In this document: positions 51,776 through 64,000 of the stretch, in pieces
Numbering within the stretch: the first letter of the stretch is position 1
Layout of the letters: each line of letters opens with the position of its first letter
Assembly (NCBI RefSeq): GCF_006345805.1
Contig: NC_043012.1
Location: 48,112,001 to 48,176,000, forward strand
Source: Octopus sinensis
Taxonomy: Eukaryota
Length of the DNA stretch: 64,000 nt
Direction of reading: 5' to 3'
The notes under the pieces: generated by a model
Database searches by the model: none
Told to the model about the DNA's origin: nothing
The model's input: only the letters and a program-made list of their open reading frames with translations
Translations under genes and position numbers: made by a program

Positions 51776-52771
51776 AACTGTGATGCCAGTATTTCGCACA
51801 GGAAGAGAGTATATATGTGGTTGTTTGAACTGCTATAAATAGTAGTCAAATCTCTCTGAAACCTACCCTAGATTACTCTAGATTACTTAACAACATTAGC
51901 TATTTTAGTACCAGATACATAACAGCGGAAACGAAGTTGGAATCATTATTTCTAGAGGGTCTTTGGTCATAGATCTATGATACTCTGTGCTAAAAGAAGG
52001 AATTAAAGCAACAGAATAGTTGTGCCAACACCAGCAATGTAAAATACCTGTCAAATAAAGCCCTCGAGGAGGTGTCTATACGGTCCCTCAGCCTATTAGA
52101 AATAATAACCAAATGTCCTCATATCAAGTCTAGTGCCTTTTAATGGTGATGGACAGGCTGGATAATTCAGCCTTAAACATATTGTTTTGAAGGAAAGATA
52201 CTTTATTTTTCTAAAAAGTTGTAGTCGTGGCTAGAAGGCTTTTGATCATAAATATACTTAATCAGTACTCGCATCAGACTGAACAATAGTGACAAAAGCA
52301 GCTAACATTACGGCACACTTGAGACGACCAGCTCAAATTCTAAACACACAAATACACACGTTGATATAGGTGCACATACAGGTTAATACGTACTCTCACA
52401 CACACACACACACATGTTCGTGTGTCGAGGGGGGTTTGTATGAACATAATCAGAGATATAACCAGAGACTTGCCTTTGGAAATCATGCAAGCCAGAACAA
52501 ACTTTGAAAGGCCTCGCTGTTGACAACACCCTTAAGTTTACTCCTTAAAGAGGTTCATTCTAGTGCAGTCTGTGGGTTAACTAAAATAGTTGTCAAATGA
52601 TAGACGAATTCAGGGTACACAGGAACAATACAACTATATGCATGTACATATACAGGTGTGTGTTTGTATGTATGTGCATATGCTTACATTCCACAGAGGA
52701 CAGAGATACTCTAAGGTGATACCTACGTATCTATGATATCTAACTATTTTGCTTCTATTTTCTTTTGTCAG

Positions 52772-53110
52772 GTTAACGGTTTCATACAGCTAGAAAGTGG
52801 CGCTCTTGTTGCACAGGTGCTTTTTACTACAAAATTGATATATAAACACTTTATAGTTTTTGCTTCTTTACTCCAGTCTCAAATCAAGATTTGTGGCCCC
52901 CGGAAATAGGTAGCGTACCTTTCGTTATAACAGTTAATAATTCATACATGCCTTCAACGACGAAATATTGCTCATTCCAGGAAAGACATAATAAAAGCAA
53001 CGGGAGTTGTGGGATTGTGAGGTCCACTGAAGTTTTGTCTGGGTCTAAGAAGATGAGACTTAGTCTTGCCATACTGTACAATGTATTCATCATCATGTGT
53101 ATCCGTGAGA
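52772..53110 (+). other. Candidate exon cluster, product unknown
   Basis: Two strong acceptors (TTTTCTTTTGTCAG|52772 and TTCTTTACTCCAG|52877), a 45-nt in-frame piece VNGFIQLESGALVAQ|GT, and an open frame ending in a hydrophobic stretch. Confidence 0.25.
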
Positions 53111-53559
53111 GTAAACTATTACACCTGTGCATAGCCACGGCACAGGCACTCGCACACATACATATGTTCAGACATAGATGCATATATACATGCATACGTA
53201 CATACAAATTGACAGACACATGCACATGAATACACAGACATCCATATATATGAAATACATATATGTATCTCTTTTTCTCTCTTTTTTTTCTCTCTCTCTT
53301 ATCTCTCTCTCTCTCTATCTATCAATATATGTATATATATATATACACACACAAACACACACATATATATAAATGCATATATACATATATGTGATTTTAT
53401 ATGTGGGTGTATGTGTCTATGTATGTATGTATGTATGTATGTATACATGTATGCGTGTATGTATGTATGTTAGTATGTATGTATGCATGTATATATGTAT
53501 GTATGTATGTGTGTATGCATGTATGTATGTATGTATGTATGTATGTAAGTAAGTATGTA

Positions 53560-55610
53560 TAACGGATAAGGCTCTTTCATTGGAATTACACCAACATCAA
53601 CAGAGTTTGTATGTATGTAGAGTTAGTTCATTTGCAGATTTGTATTTTGTTTTATTCATGACTTTTTATTTATATAGTTGCCTTTTCAGACATGCGCATA
53701 TATACTTAAATAATAACCTTCTGAAAAGTTTGCAGATTTTTACAGTTCCAGTGATGGCCTGTATCTGTAGTGCTCGAATCAGCTTTCTCCTTTCTGGTTT
53801 TGAGAAGCCTACTTCCTTAAGATTGGTATTTCGTGGGTTACATATCCTAGCACCTCAATAATTACGCACATTTCTCAACAGTCCAGGGTAGGTATTCTCT
53901 TTCTCACTGATCTTCATCCGCTGGTGATTTCTACAATGGTACGGTTTCACTTCTCCATCCCAAATTACTATGCCTATTATGTGCACATTTTATTGAAGTT
54001 TCACCAGGACGTTCCACCCGTACTCCTTTTTATTATGAGTGACTATGACTTGCACCATCTGGTGAGTTCTTATTTCTTTGCCTACATTTCTTTGCCAACA
54101 TTATGTTTCATCGGTAGATATAACTGAGAGGACAATTTCGGACGACTGTTCATGATGGAACAACTTCGGTGTTAACTCCACAAAGTATGCAACGGTTATC
54201 ACATTTTTCTGCTTTTTCTGCGTCTCTATCTTTTTTGTGCATCAGGTATTTCATTGATATTTCCTGTTCCTGGATTGCGAAAGTACAACCCTCAAAGTGG
54301 GAGTTAGTAATCCAGTTGAAGATCCATGATAGACTGCTCTGATGATCAATGTTACTATCATCCTGGAGCTTTCTGCTACCATATACATGCATGTTCTTCT
54401 GCTGATACACAATCATCCGTTCATCTGAAGCTATGTTGCAATAGAGTGGTACCATATCTTTGGGCATGTATTCAACATTATCAGACAAGGAATACTAATC
54501 AAAGAGCTGCTTTAAACGTGTCGTGATTTTATCAGCCTCATCTATGCAAACTCGGTCAAAGAATGCAATTCAACACTTAGTGCTTAAAAGACATTGCGAA
54601 AATGATATAATACGACATTTTAAGTCAGTCTGGATCGATGTTAAGCTTCTCCCGACTTGTTCTCGCTTTACGTAGAGGCGGTCTACGTCACTATTGATGT
54701 AGCATTTATATGTGCTGGTTAGTATCTTCCGAGTTTTCCACACCAATGGCTCATCAAGCGTCCAGTCAAGTAGCTTAAATGTATTGGCACTGGAAACATA
54801 TTGTGAGCCACTGATTTATTGAATGCAGAGCTTTCCAAGCTTAATATTCTTTAGTGTCGCGTGTCTTGTTACTGGTGCGATCGTCAGATATGTTTTCATC
54901 CACCCCTAGGTACTTGTTACATTCCTCATCAGATATAGGGAAACAGTTAAGTCATTAATGGAGATGCTACCTGTCAGGATTACAGTTTTCCTCTTTCACA
55001 ACCATATAGCAACATCTCTCCTGCCCAATCTCTGACCCTGTATCTTTTGAGAATGTAACCAGGTCAACGGTTTTTTTCATCTCATGCATATTCTTTGCAT
55101 ATAGTTTCAAGGCATCCACAAAGAAACAGTGTGTAATTTTGGTGTTTGTGTTTTCTTGTGAACTAGTGAGATATCCTTCAAACTTCCTTAACATAAATGA
55201 CAGGATTTTAGAGAAAGTAGAAACAGCATCAGAAAGAGATTGTTCCCTTGAAATATACCTCTGCGATGCAGTATTTTATCAGGGATAACACAATCACTCC
55301 TCGTATTTGGCTTCAATATGGTGGCTCACGATGAAGTCAGGTCAGCTATAGCTTTCACTATGCTAACTGGATCTTTGGCTAATCGAAGGGTTTCTAGCGT
55401 CCATGAGTATGAGTAGGGGACAGAGACAAAGGCTTTCTCGTAATCCAGCCAAATTGAAGCTAGTTTCCTTCTATGCTCCTGCGCCTCTAAAATTACAGTT
55501 TTCTTTATTAACAATTACTCTGCTCATCCCCAGAATCCCTTGTTCCTAACTGTTTGATCTTCTACGATGATTTTATTACTTTCACAATGGTATTGGAGGA
55601 AGAGGTTTAA
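53560..55610 (-). mobile_element. RLE-clade (R4/NeSL-like) non-LTR retrotransposon, RT to 3' end, decayed
   Basis: Broken-frame WLDYEKAF, FFVDALKLY, CILCG..H....RHN knuckle, IVIWD..TIVEI..SEKENTY, and QAITGTVKICK; the 3' UTR ends in a (CATA)n tract. Confidence 0.88.
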
Positions 55611-55649
55611 ACACACACTCACGCACACATTCGAAGCAACAAATTACGT

Positions 55650-56630
55650 ATTTGGCTGGGAGACTATTTATTGCTAATTCTACGAATACTATATCTAACT
55701 TTCAAGTCACAGTTATCTGTCTTATTAAATAACTGGTTAATCTTCAGATAAATTATCTGAAGGTGCCTCTTATTCAAGGTCGTAGTGATTTTCGGCTGAA
55801 ATTTGAATTTTACCATGCAGAGAGTGTTTACAAACAGCACGACTGGACACAGCAGCATCAACACAACCGAGGAACAAGACGAAAACAACAGCTCGATAGG
55901 TTAACAGATTGTAACTTTAAAATATGTTTCTTAGAGTTATGAATTGACTACTGATTTATTTAACTGTTATAAAAGAGCGAAACAGAACCCCACCGTTGGA
56001 TATATGAATAAATTGAGATTATACTGGCACGATCTGCATCCAGAACTAACTAAACTACTTTACTAAATCATTTACGCCAGGAAGCAACATTTTTGGAAGA
56101 TAGGAAGAAATTTAGTGAATGTATCTTTATTGAAAAACAAAACGATTTGAAATAGACCGTCTCCGAAACAATATAAATGAAAATGTGAACAATGTTAGAC
56201 ATGGTCTCACGGTTAGCGACATTCCAAAGGATACTATACTGCCTGCCAGCCAAACCACATTGCAGACTAAAGCAACTGACCATTGTCCCTCTACTATGAC
56301 TATGGTAAATAGCAGACACAATCGCAATAATCAAGGTCAAATATTGGTGAAATATACCAGTAGAAAGCATTTTCATGAAAAAATAACTTTGGCTTTGAAG
56401 TGCTCTCTCGAAAAGAGAGAATTCTCTACCAAAGTAATTAAAAAAACAACAGACACAATATTAAAAGCTGTTAATGAAATTAGAAAGGATTATTTACAGC
56501 AGTGTAATGAACCCTCACTCTGGCAGATTAACGCCTGTCTCTATGCCCTGCCTACTACAGGAAAGCAATACATGAACGACATTCAAAAAGTAAATAACAC
56601 CGAAACAACGAAGGAAGTGCCACCATGGGT
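55650..56630 (+). mobile_element. Inverted 5' segment (UTR and ORF N-terminus) of an RLE retrotransposon
   Basis: DLFNCYKRAK..VGYMNKLRLYWHDLHPEL..HLRQEA..LWQINACLYA..KEVPPW, recalled as typical of R4/Dong-type N-termini. Confidence 0.7.
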
Positions 56631-56731
56631 ATGTATGAATGTATGTATGTATGTATGTATGCATGTATGTGTGTATGTATGTATGTATGCATGTGTGTAT
56701 GTATGCATCATGCATGTATGTATTATGCATG

Positions 56732-56765
<34 letters not shown>

Positions 56766-56828
56766 TCATGCATGTATGTATGTATATATGTATGTATGCA
56801 TCATGCATGTATGTATGTATCATGCATG

Positions 56829-56862
<34 letters not shown>

Positions 56863-57027
56863 TGTATGTATATATGTATGTATATATGCATCATGCATGT
56901 ATGTATCATGTATGTATGTATTATGCATGTTTATATATATTTATGTAAGTATGCATGTATGTATGTACTGGGGTATTTATGTATGTATGTAGGTATGTAG
57001 GTATGTATGTATGCAGTAAGTATGTAT
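56628..57027. repeat. (TATG)n microsatellite with CATCATG variants
   Basis: Read directly from the sequence. Confidence 0.95.
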
Positions 57028-58659
57028 GTGGGCACGGACAAACGAATACACGAGAGCAATCTTTGTCAGCAAAATCTAAAGCATTGATATATGTGAAAAC
57101 TTAAATAGAAATTGGTAAAAGAGAGAGATCTAGATAAAGAAGAGATAAGGCAAAGACAGTGACAGACTGAAGAATCCAAAGAACTTATTAGATATCACTT
57201 GAACTGATAAAAATAGTAACCACATTAGCCTCGAATCGCCTACCTTCTTCAAAGAAGAAAAAGAGTCCGTGATGTCTTTGAAGATGAGACTAATACTCGG
57301 AATATCGTTTGTTTGCTTAATAACGAATAACCTGAGATTAACGTAAAGCAGTAACAATAGAAAGATATTGAGACACGTATAGACGAAATAGAGAATAGAT
57401 AGGCTTGAAGAGAGAATAAGGAGGGCAGAAGAGTGATAGTATCACAGAGACCGAGAGAAAGTAGAGAAGAGTCAAAGATAGTGATGGAGAGAGGTTAAAG
57501 TAGATCACAGCAAGGAAGGAACAATAATGAACGAAAAAGAAATACAAAACAAAAACAGGTGAGAAAGAGTCTAAACGAAAATCATTGTAATATGTTATTT
57601 TAATGACAAGATTGATAATAGAAAATTATCGATTAAGTAATCCAGACACGAAACGCTTGACTGGATGTTTTGTCTATTTAGAATTGAAGGGGTAAATGAA
57701 AGAGAGACAGCCAGAGAGAGGGACAGAAAGACAGAGAGACGAAAATAAGACAAAGGAATGACCAAAGAGAGAGAGAGAAAGTATAAGAACAATTGAGAGA
57801 TGTAGGAAAAGAATGGTGGAATTTTGCAGAAGAGACAGAAGTGAAGGAATGAGATTGTAGACACGATAGGTTTGATGTCATAACAGATAGCGACCACTGT
57901 GGAGAGATGGTAGTATGCTGGGTCAACACGTAACAGGATAGATTCTCAAGCTAATCACCACAGAAGTCAGCTAATTTAATGTAATTATTCACCTACTAAA
58001 TACGTGTGCTGACACTAATAGCATAATAATAATAATCATACATATTGTGTTGTGTCCGTCTTTTTCTGTTGGAGAATAGTTCCTTCCCGTACCATGCTTA
58101 ACTTCTTTCTCACTATCACTTCTTACTTTAAACTCGCTATCTCTCTGCATATGTATGTATGTACACACAAATATGCATATATATATATAAGTGTGTGTGT
58201 GTATGTGTGTATAATATGTATATATATATATATTAAGAGAGATAGAGGGGGAGAGTGATATATACAAAGGTATATATGCCTACATATTTACATACATTTA
58301 TGTACGTACATATTATATATACACATACACAAGTATTGACGCGCTGATCATTACATAGCAGTGACTCTACCCCTTTTTGATCCCATTCCCTCTTCCACTA
58401 TATGTCCTTTTTAAGGATATCAGTCCCTTTTCAGTATACCAATCTCAAGAGATTCTTCCCATATACGATTCATAAGACATTAAAAGTAACTTATTTATTA
58501 CATATGCATTCACTTAGATTATTTTCATAGTTCAAATTGACAAATTTGTAGCAATAGAAAATGTTAATAGATTTTAATTCATGAAATAAAGTAAAGTCAT
58601 TTTCACATATTCATACCAAATTGTATAACAAACTAAAGTTAACCGAAGCGTATTCCAGT

Positions 58660-60170
58660 AAACAAAATCGCCCATGTTATTCTAATGAGAAGCCTGTGAT
58701 TGTTTTGTAGTTTTTCGTAAATTCTGAGGCGGAGGAAGGCCTAGAAGAACAACACAATGCAATTTATTCACAAACTCTAATCTACTTCGTAACAAGGACC
58801 AACATTCTGTAATTGGCTTCTCATGAAATATATTTCTTGCTCTCGAAACAGTCCTTAACTCTAGGAATTCGCCTTGACAATTTATCAGAAACTCATTCAA
58901 CAAGATCCAATTCATAATCACAGAGTTCTCGAAAGTATTGTTTGAATTCCTTTCTCAGTGTTTTCGAGAGCGGCATAATGAAGTTATTAATTTATGGAAG
59001 GAATTGTTCTTCAGCACTAGCAGCAAGAATTCATGAGATTTTCTCAAACATTGCAACATTTTTAATATTGGCACTTCTCTAACAATTTTTCAGCTTACAA
59101 ATGAAGGTCTTCAAGGAATCCATGCATTTTATGATGCTTGTATTCCTTACTTGCTTTTAAAGATCAACTGCTTAAAAAATGTCAACCAAACAGGCAAGGC
59201 ACATGATCCATTCTTTATCTGCCAACCAGATAAAATATTCATTCAATCTTACCCTGAACTACGAAAAATAATTTGAGCTCCTCTATGAGCTCATATGCTC
59301 GCTCAGCTACACTTCCTGTTGAAAGCCATCGAACATTTTTATGAAAAGGAACAGATTGAAGACATAACATCTTAGAAAATCTTGAGCTGAGAGTTAATCC
59401 TTAGAAAAAAATGACAATAGGAAGTATTTCATCCGAAATATCGTGTAGTGGATTTGGTAGAGATTTTGTCACCAGAGCCTGAAGCTACCCGCTTTTTCAC
59501 ACAAAATTGAAATCCAGATTTTGGTCCCCAACATAACTAAATAATCCAGAGTGACCATATTTTGCAAACAATAGAAGCTGGGAAGACGATGCCACATCAC
59601 CGACCCACCAGTTGAATTGAAAATGCGCCAAATGTTGCTTATCTTTGATGCCCATAGCCTCGTTGTTTATCCTTCGATATTGAAAAGGCAGTATTTTTTT
59701 TCTCCAATCCATTTCCCTACAAGGTTTGATACAAGCTTCAGACTTACCTGTTATGTTTTTTCTGCTTTGCTGCCTCCGGTACTACAATATAAGAAACTTC
59801 AAAGATCTTTAGATTCATTTCTTCTATTGCCTTGATGAATCCAACTGCATATTTTTAAGAGAATTCCCTTACAGATCAAACATTTCTTGTTGGCCTTAAT
59901 TGTTCTTGTGTTCAGAATGAAAAATTTGCTAATGTTGTTTCAAATTTATGAATTGGGCTTCTTCCAAATCAAGGCAAATTGGGCAATACTCAACGAGATT
60001 TAAAATTCATTGTTATCTATGCAAGATTCTTGGAACCAAAGGGGTTTACAACTGTGTGACTGGTTGGAGTTTTCGCTCCATAGTACTTTTATATGGACCA
60101 TCATCATTTGATGAGCATACTTATCCAAATATCCACAGTGAGTCAAAAATTGCAAGAAAAATCCCACGCG
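58660..60170 (-). mobile_element. hAT (Buster/SPIN-like) transposase pseudogene
   Basis: Minus-strand broken frames CPICL (BED-like), DVASSSQLLLFAKY, FHKNVRWLSTGSVAERAYELIEELKLFF and FHEKPITECWSLL. TIRs were not located. Confidence 0.85.
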
Positions 60171-61259
60171 GTTTGTACTCCATCACTAATATCCCGGGTG
60201 ATTGAGTGGCATGCTATATAAAACGAGCTTGCTTATTAGGCCTGAGCACCACATAAGAAGTACACTATTTGGTAGTGGATTTCTCCCGTGATTAAACATT
60301 GTATCGCACAAAATTCCGGTGTATTGTTTGACACAATAAGACAGTTGAGAGAGATAACTTATCTTCTTGTATGAAATAACACTTTGTTACTTTTAATACA
60401 AAACACAACGTAATCTCATTTGCTTCTAACAATTCACAGGACTGGTTTTAAAACACAAATGACATTGTAGAGAACTAAGTCCCAGACAATAAAAAAGACT
60501 TGAAGAAGAAGGATGAAAAGCATTTCAATATATTTGTTTGAGCACGAGCTCAAACGAACGGATAACAACTCAAAAATAAGTTACATTTTCATAACTGTTC
60601 TTTCAATGGTGACTTCGAAGAATTCTAGTCCTTTCTTGACAAATGTTAAAAGAAAGAAAGCTCAAAAGGAAAGAGATCTTTCGAGACACGACGTTTTATT
60701 AATCGAATGTATTGCTCTCCTTACTCCATCAGTTGCGTGCGTTCCAGTTACATATATTCGTATATATGTTTCATTACACAGATACACACACACACACACA
60801 TACACAAAGATTGAAACGCACTTATATTTACATATGCATGCCCATAGCGTAAAGATTTTGTGTGTATGTTTAGCAGTGAAAACTCGAGATAATGTTATAA
60901 TTAGAAACTAGGGACTGATTGAATACATATCTTTTAAAGATATTTTTATATCCAGCAAAACAGCGAAAGAAACAACAAAGCAGCGTAAGAAATTTAGCGA
61001 CATCAGATGCAAACTCCAAAATGTCAATATTGACATCAGGAGAAAACAATTTAGAGCAACCACCGCATCCAATCGATCGAGATAGAAAGAAATAAGCGTC
61101 TAAAATCTACGACACAAAGTAAGAATAAAAATACTGCTCTCCGATAATAGCCACACAAAGAAGAAGGGGCTATTTGTATACAGAACCACAGTGAGGTACA
61201 GCCAAAGCACTTGCTTGAATGACCTCAGTAGAGTATATGTCTATAGATATACATATATA

Positions 61260-61295
<36 letters not shown>

Positions 61296-61383
61296 ATAAA
61301 AATGGTATGACAACAAAAGAAAGAAAGAAACCTCGATATTATGTAAATAGAGGAATTTATCTGTAAATGTAATATTTGGCAAT

Positions 61384-61538
61384 TATTCGGTAGCCATGAT
61401 AAAACTCCGAGTTTCGGATGCCAAGGTGGAAATCCACGCCGCCATCTCTGCAGTTATCTGCCTTTTTCCGTTGGGCGGATCGGTGTGGATTTCCACCTCG
61501 GCATCCGCAACTCGGAGTTTTATCATGGGTACCGAATA
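61384..61538. mobile_element. 155-bp fold-back MITE with 54-bp TIRs
   Basis: Arms 61384-61437 and 61485-61538 with 3 mismatches; terminal TA is compatible with a Tc1/mariner-type TSD. Confidence 0.88.
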
Positions 61539-61569
61539 GTTGTCACATATTACATTTGCACAGAATATA

Positions 61570-61585
61570 TATATGTATATATACA

Positions 61586-61667
<82 letters not shown>

Positions 61668-61773
61668 TATATATACATATATATATTATATATTATATAT
61701 ATACATATACATATACATATAATATATACATATATATATATATATAGTATATATACATAACATATACATATAC

Positions 61774-61829
<56 letters not shown>

Positions 61830-61870
61830 TGCATACATATATATGTATATTTAATATATATATATATATA
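61570..61870. repeat. (TA)n microsatellite region
   Basis: Read directly; one of more than 25 such tracts. Confidence 0.96.
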
Positions 61871-61946
61871 TATTCGTTTATATTTTGTTGTGCAAGATTT
61901 TTTATGTGAAGTCGTGTGTTGAAACAGATATTGTTATATTTCGGAG

Positions 61947-62468
61947 TGAAAGTCGTGTGAAGGAATATAAGAAATGCTACTCGAATGGCAGCCGAACCAC
62001 GAAAGAAAGGTCGGGTTTAGCGGAACACCGGTCATGTGGAAGGAGAAGAGCGAAGTAGGGGGCAGAGGAATTGCAGAATTAGGGAGGGACACAGCACTAT
62101 GAGGAAGGTGAGGCCATAATGCCAGTCCAGAAGCCAGTCTACATGAGTCCAAATACTTGAATGTATGCCGAGAGATTGTCTTAGCCCGTTTGCCTTCATA
62201 TTGTTGATTTCTGCATTCATTATCAGTGTGTTTTGGCGATTTAAATAAGAGTTATTTCCAGCAGGGAGACATACTTTGTATGTCCTTTGATCTGTGTTCC
62301 TTTCCTCTCTGTTCTCTCTTTCTCGTCCCTCCCTAATTCTTCAATTCTTCTGCCCCCTACTTCGCTCTTCTCCTTCCACATGACCGGTGTTCCGCCAAAC
62401 CCGAACTTTCTTTCTTGGTTCGACTGCCATTCGTGTAGCATTTCTTATATTCCTTCACACGACTTTCA
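61947..62468. repeat. 144-bp inverted repeat pair with 234-bp spacer
   Basis: 61947-62090 versus 62325-62468, 7 mismatches counted by hand. Confidence 0.92.
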
Positions 62469-62799
62469 TCCATTACTTCCTGCCATAAGGCTTCACTTTA
62501 CACACGCTAGCTTAATTTAACTCGTCCTTAGTCGAAAGACACATGTTCTTAATGATTGTTGTTTGTGTTTGTAATTATGTACCATTTCTCCATTTTTTCG
62601 TCCTTGTTTTCGCATGCATTCACTTGCTTTATTCCAAAGAATCTAGTGTTACCTGGCGAAACTGCAGGGATAATCTGGAACTCGACTGAGGATAGAAAAC
62701 TCCGAATGATCCGCCTTTGTTTTTCTCTGTCCTTCTTTGTATCGTCTAACTGTCCGGATTTTTTCTTGTCGCCTGTTACGTTCTTGTTCCAACATATAT

Positions 62800-62864
<65 letters not shown>

Positions 62865-62867
62865 GGG

Positions 62868-62899
<32 letters not shown>

Positions 62900-63104
62900 T
62901 AATAGTATAAAATACAATTATACTTAAAGGCATGGAGACGACCATGCCTATAGTACTTTAGAACTGGTTCACATCGTGGTTGCGAAGCGAACTTCTAAAC
63001 CATTCGACCACTTAGCAGATTTATGAAAATTTTGATACCATTTCATATTTTATGGTTATCATCATCATCATCATCATCATCATCGTTGTTGTTGTTGATG
63101 TTAC

Positions 63105-63232
63105 AGTTTCAAATTTTGGCACAAGACCAAGAATTTTGTAGGAATGGGGCTCGTCAATTACATAGACACCCCCTCTCAATACTTGACCGCTACTTATTAC
63201 ATCGACCCAAAAGAATGAAAGGGGTCGATAAA
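63105..63232 (-). mobile_element. SINE family B 3' fragment
   Basis: AAATTTTGGCACAAG..TTACATCGACCCAAAAGAATGAAAG. Confidence 0.65.
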
Positions 63233-63802
63233 TAAGTATCAGTCAAGTACTGCAGTCGTTGTAAATGACTAGCCCTTTCTGTTCACAATTCCTTAGATCA
63301 TGCCATAATTTGAAACCATTATGCTGATTTTCCTCGATTTAAATATACAATATCCAAATCTCATTGGAAAATTCCTATTTCTTGCATGTAAATACGTAAT
63401 TTCTTTATTTCAAAAAAAAAAAAAATTCTGCTTCGTACATATTTCTTCCCGATACAGTTTTCGTTTAACAAGGAAATTCTTTTCGCATCGCAAGTAATCC
63501 TCCTTTCGCAGTCATATTCATTGTAAATCATAACTTTTATTTCAAGTTCATTAGTACTATTTTTTTCTTTTCAGAACAGTCCTTCATAAATAATAATTTT
63601 CACTTTTCCATGGAATTCTTCCAAAATTTCCATTAAGCATTCTTTTTCAATCAGGTCTATTCTAAATAATATCACCTCCCTTTTCAGTTTTATCGACATT
63701 TTCTTTTTATATTCAGCGAAATCACTCTCGAGAAATACCACCTTCTATTTCCTTTCCTTTTTCTCATACATACATACACACATACACACATACATACATA
63801 CA

Positions 63803-63838
<36 letters not shown>

Positions 63839-63905
63839 CGTATATATATGTATATATATATATACATACATATATATATTTATATATATATATATGCATA
63901 CAGAT

Positions 63906-63943
<38 letters not shown>

Positions 63944-64000
63944 GTGTGTGAGTGTGTGTGTGATAGTTATGTATGTATATATATTTATATATGTCCATAT

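Noticed and set aside
55700-55765. CTTCAGATA-AAT-TATCTGAAG hairpin as part of a ribozyme in the RLE 5' UTR
   Set aside because: Neither a hammerhead nor an HDV-like fold could be completed.
58660-60170. Domesticated ZBED/FAM200-like host gene
   Set aside because: Multiple stops and frameshifts indicate a dead transposase copy.

Overview
AT-rich, microsatellite-saturated eukaryotic DNA. The SINE types, (TA)n/(TATG)n/(AAT)n density and LINE content suggest an octopod cephalopod such as Octopus, but that is an inference. No host gene could be identified; only weak splice-bounded exon candidates were found. Recognisable content: a near-full-length frameshifted RTE LINE (24.0-28.1 kb, -), a decayed CR1-type LINE (28.5-30.3 kb, +), two families of restriction-like-endonuclease (RLE) non-LTR retrotransposon (about 1 kb; 47 kb and 53.6-56.6 kb), a decayed hAT transposase (58.7-60.2 kb, -), several MITE/Helentron-like elements and more than 25 tRNA-derived SINE copies. 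Most listed ORFs are microsatellite translations. The most notable signal is a set of type I hammerhead-ribozyme motifs with palindromic stem III in short non-coding, microsatellite-flanked elements. Four near-canonical motifs cluster at 34.9-37.7 kb, two of them in an outward-facing inverted terminal-repeat pair. A fifth lies at 45.2 kb in a probable tRNA-head/(AAT)n/hammerhead composite, and two degenerate ones lie at 13.9 and 30.9 kb. Other notable features are a twin-priming-like 5' inversion of an RLE element, a ~770-bp inverted duplication and a perfect 56-bp palindrome. All coordinates were read by eye and SINE ends are approximate.
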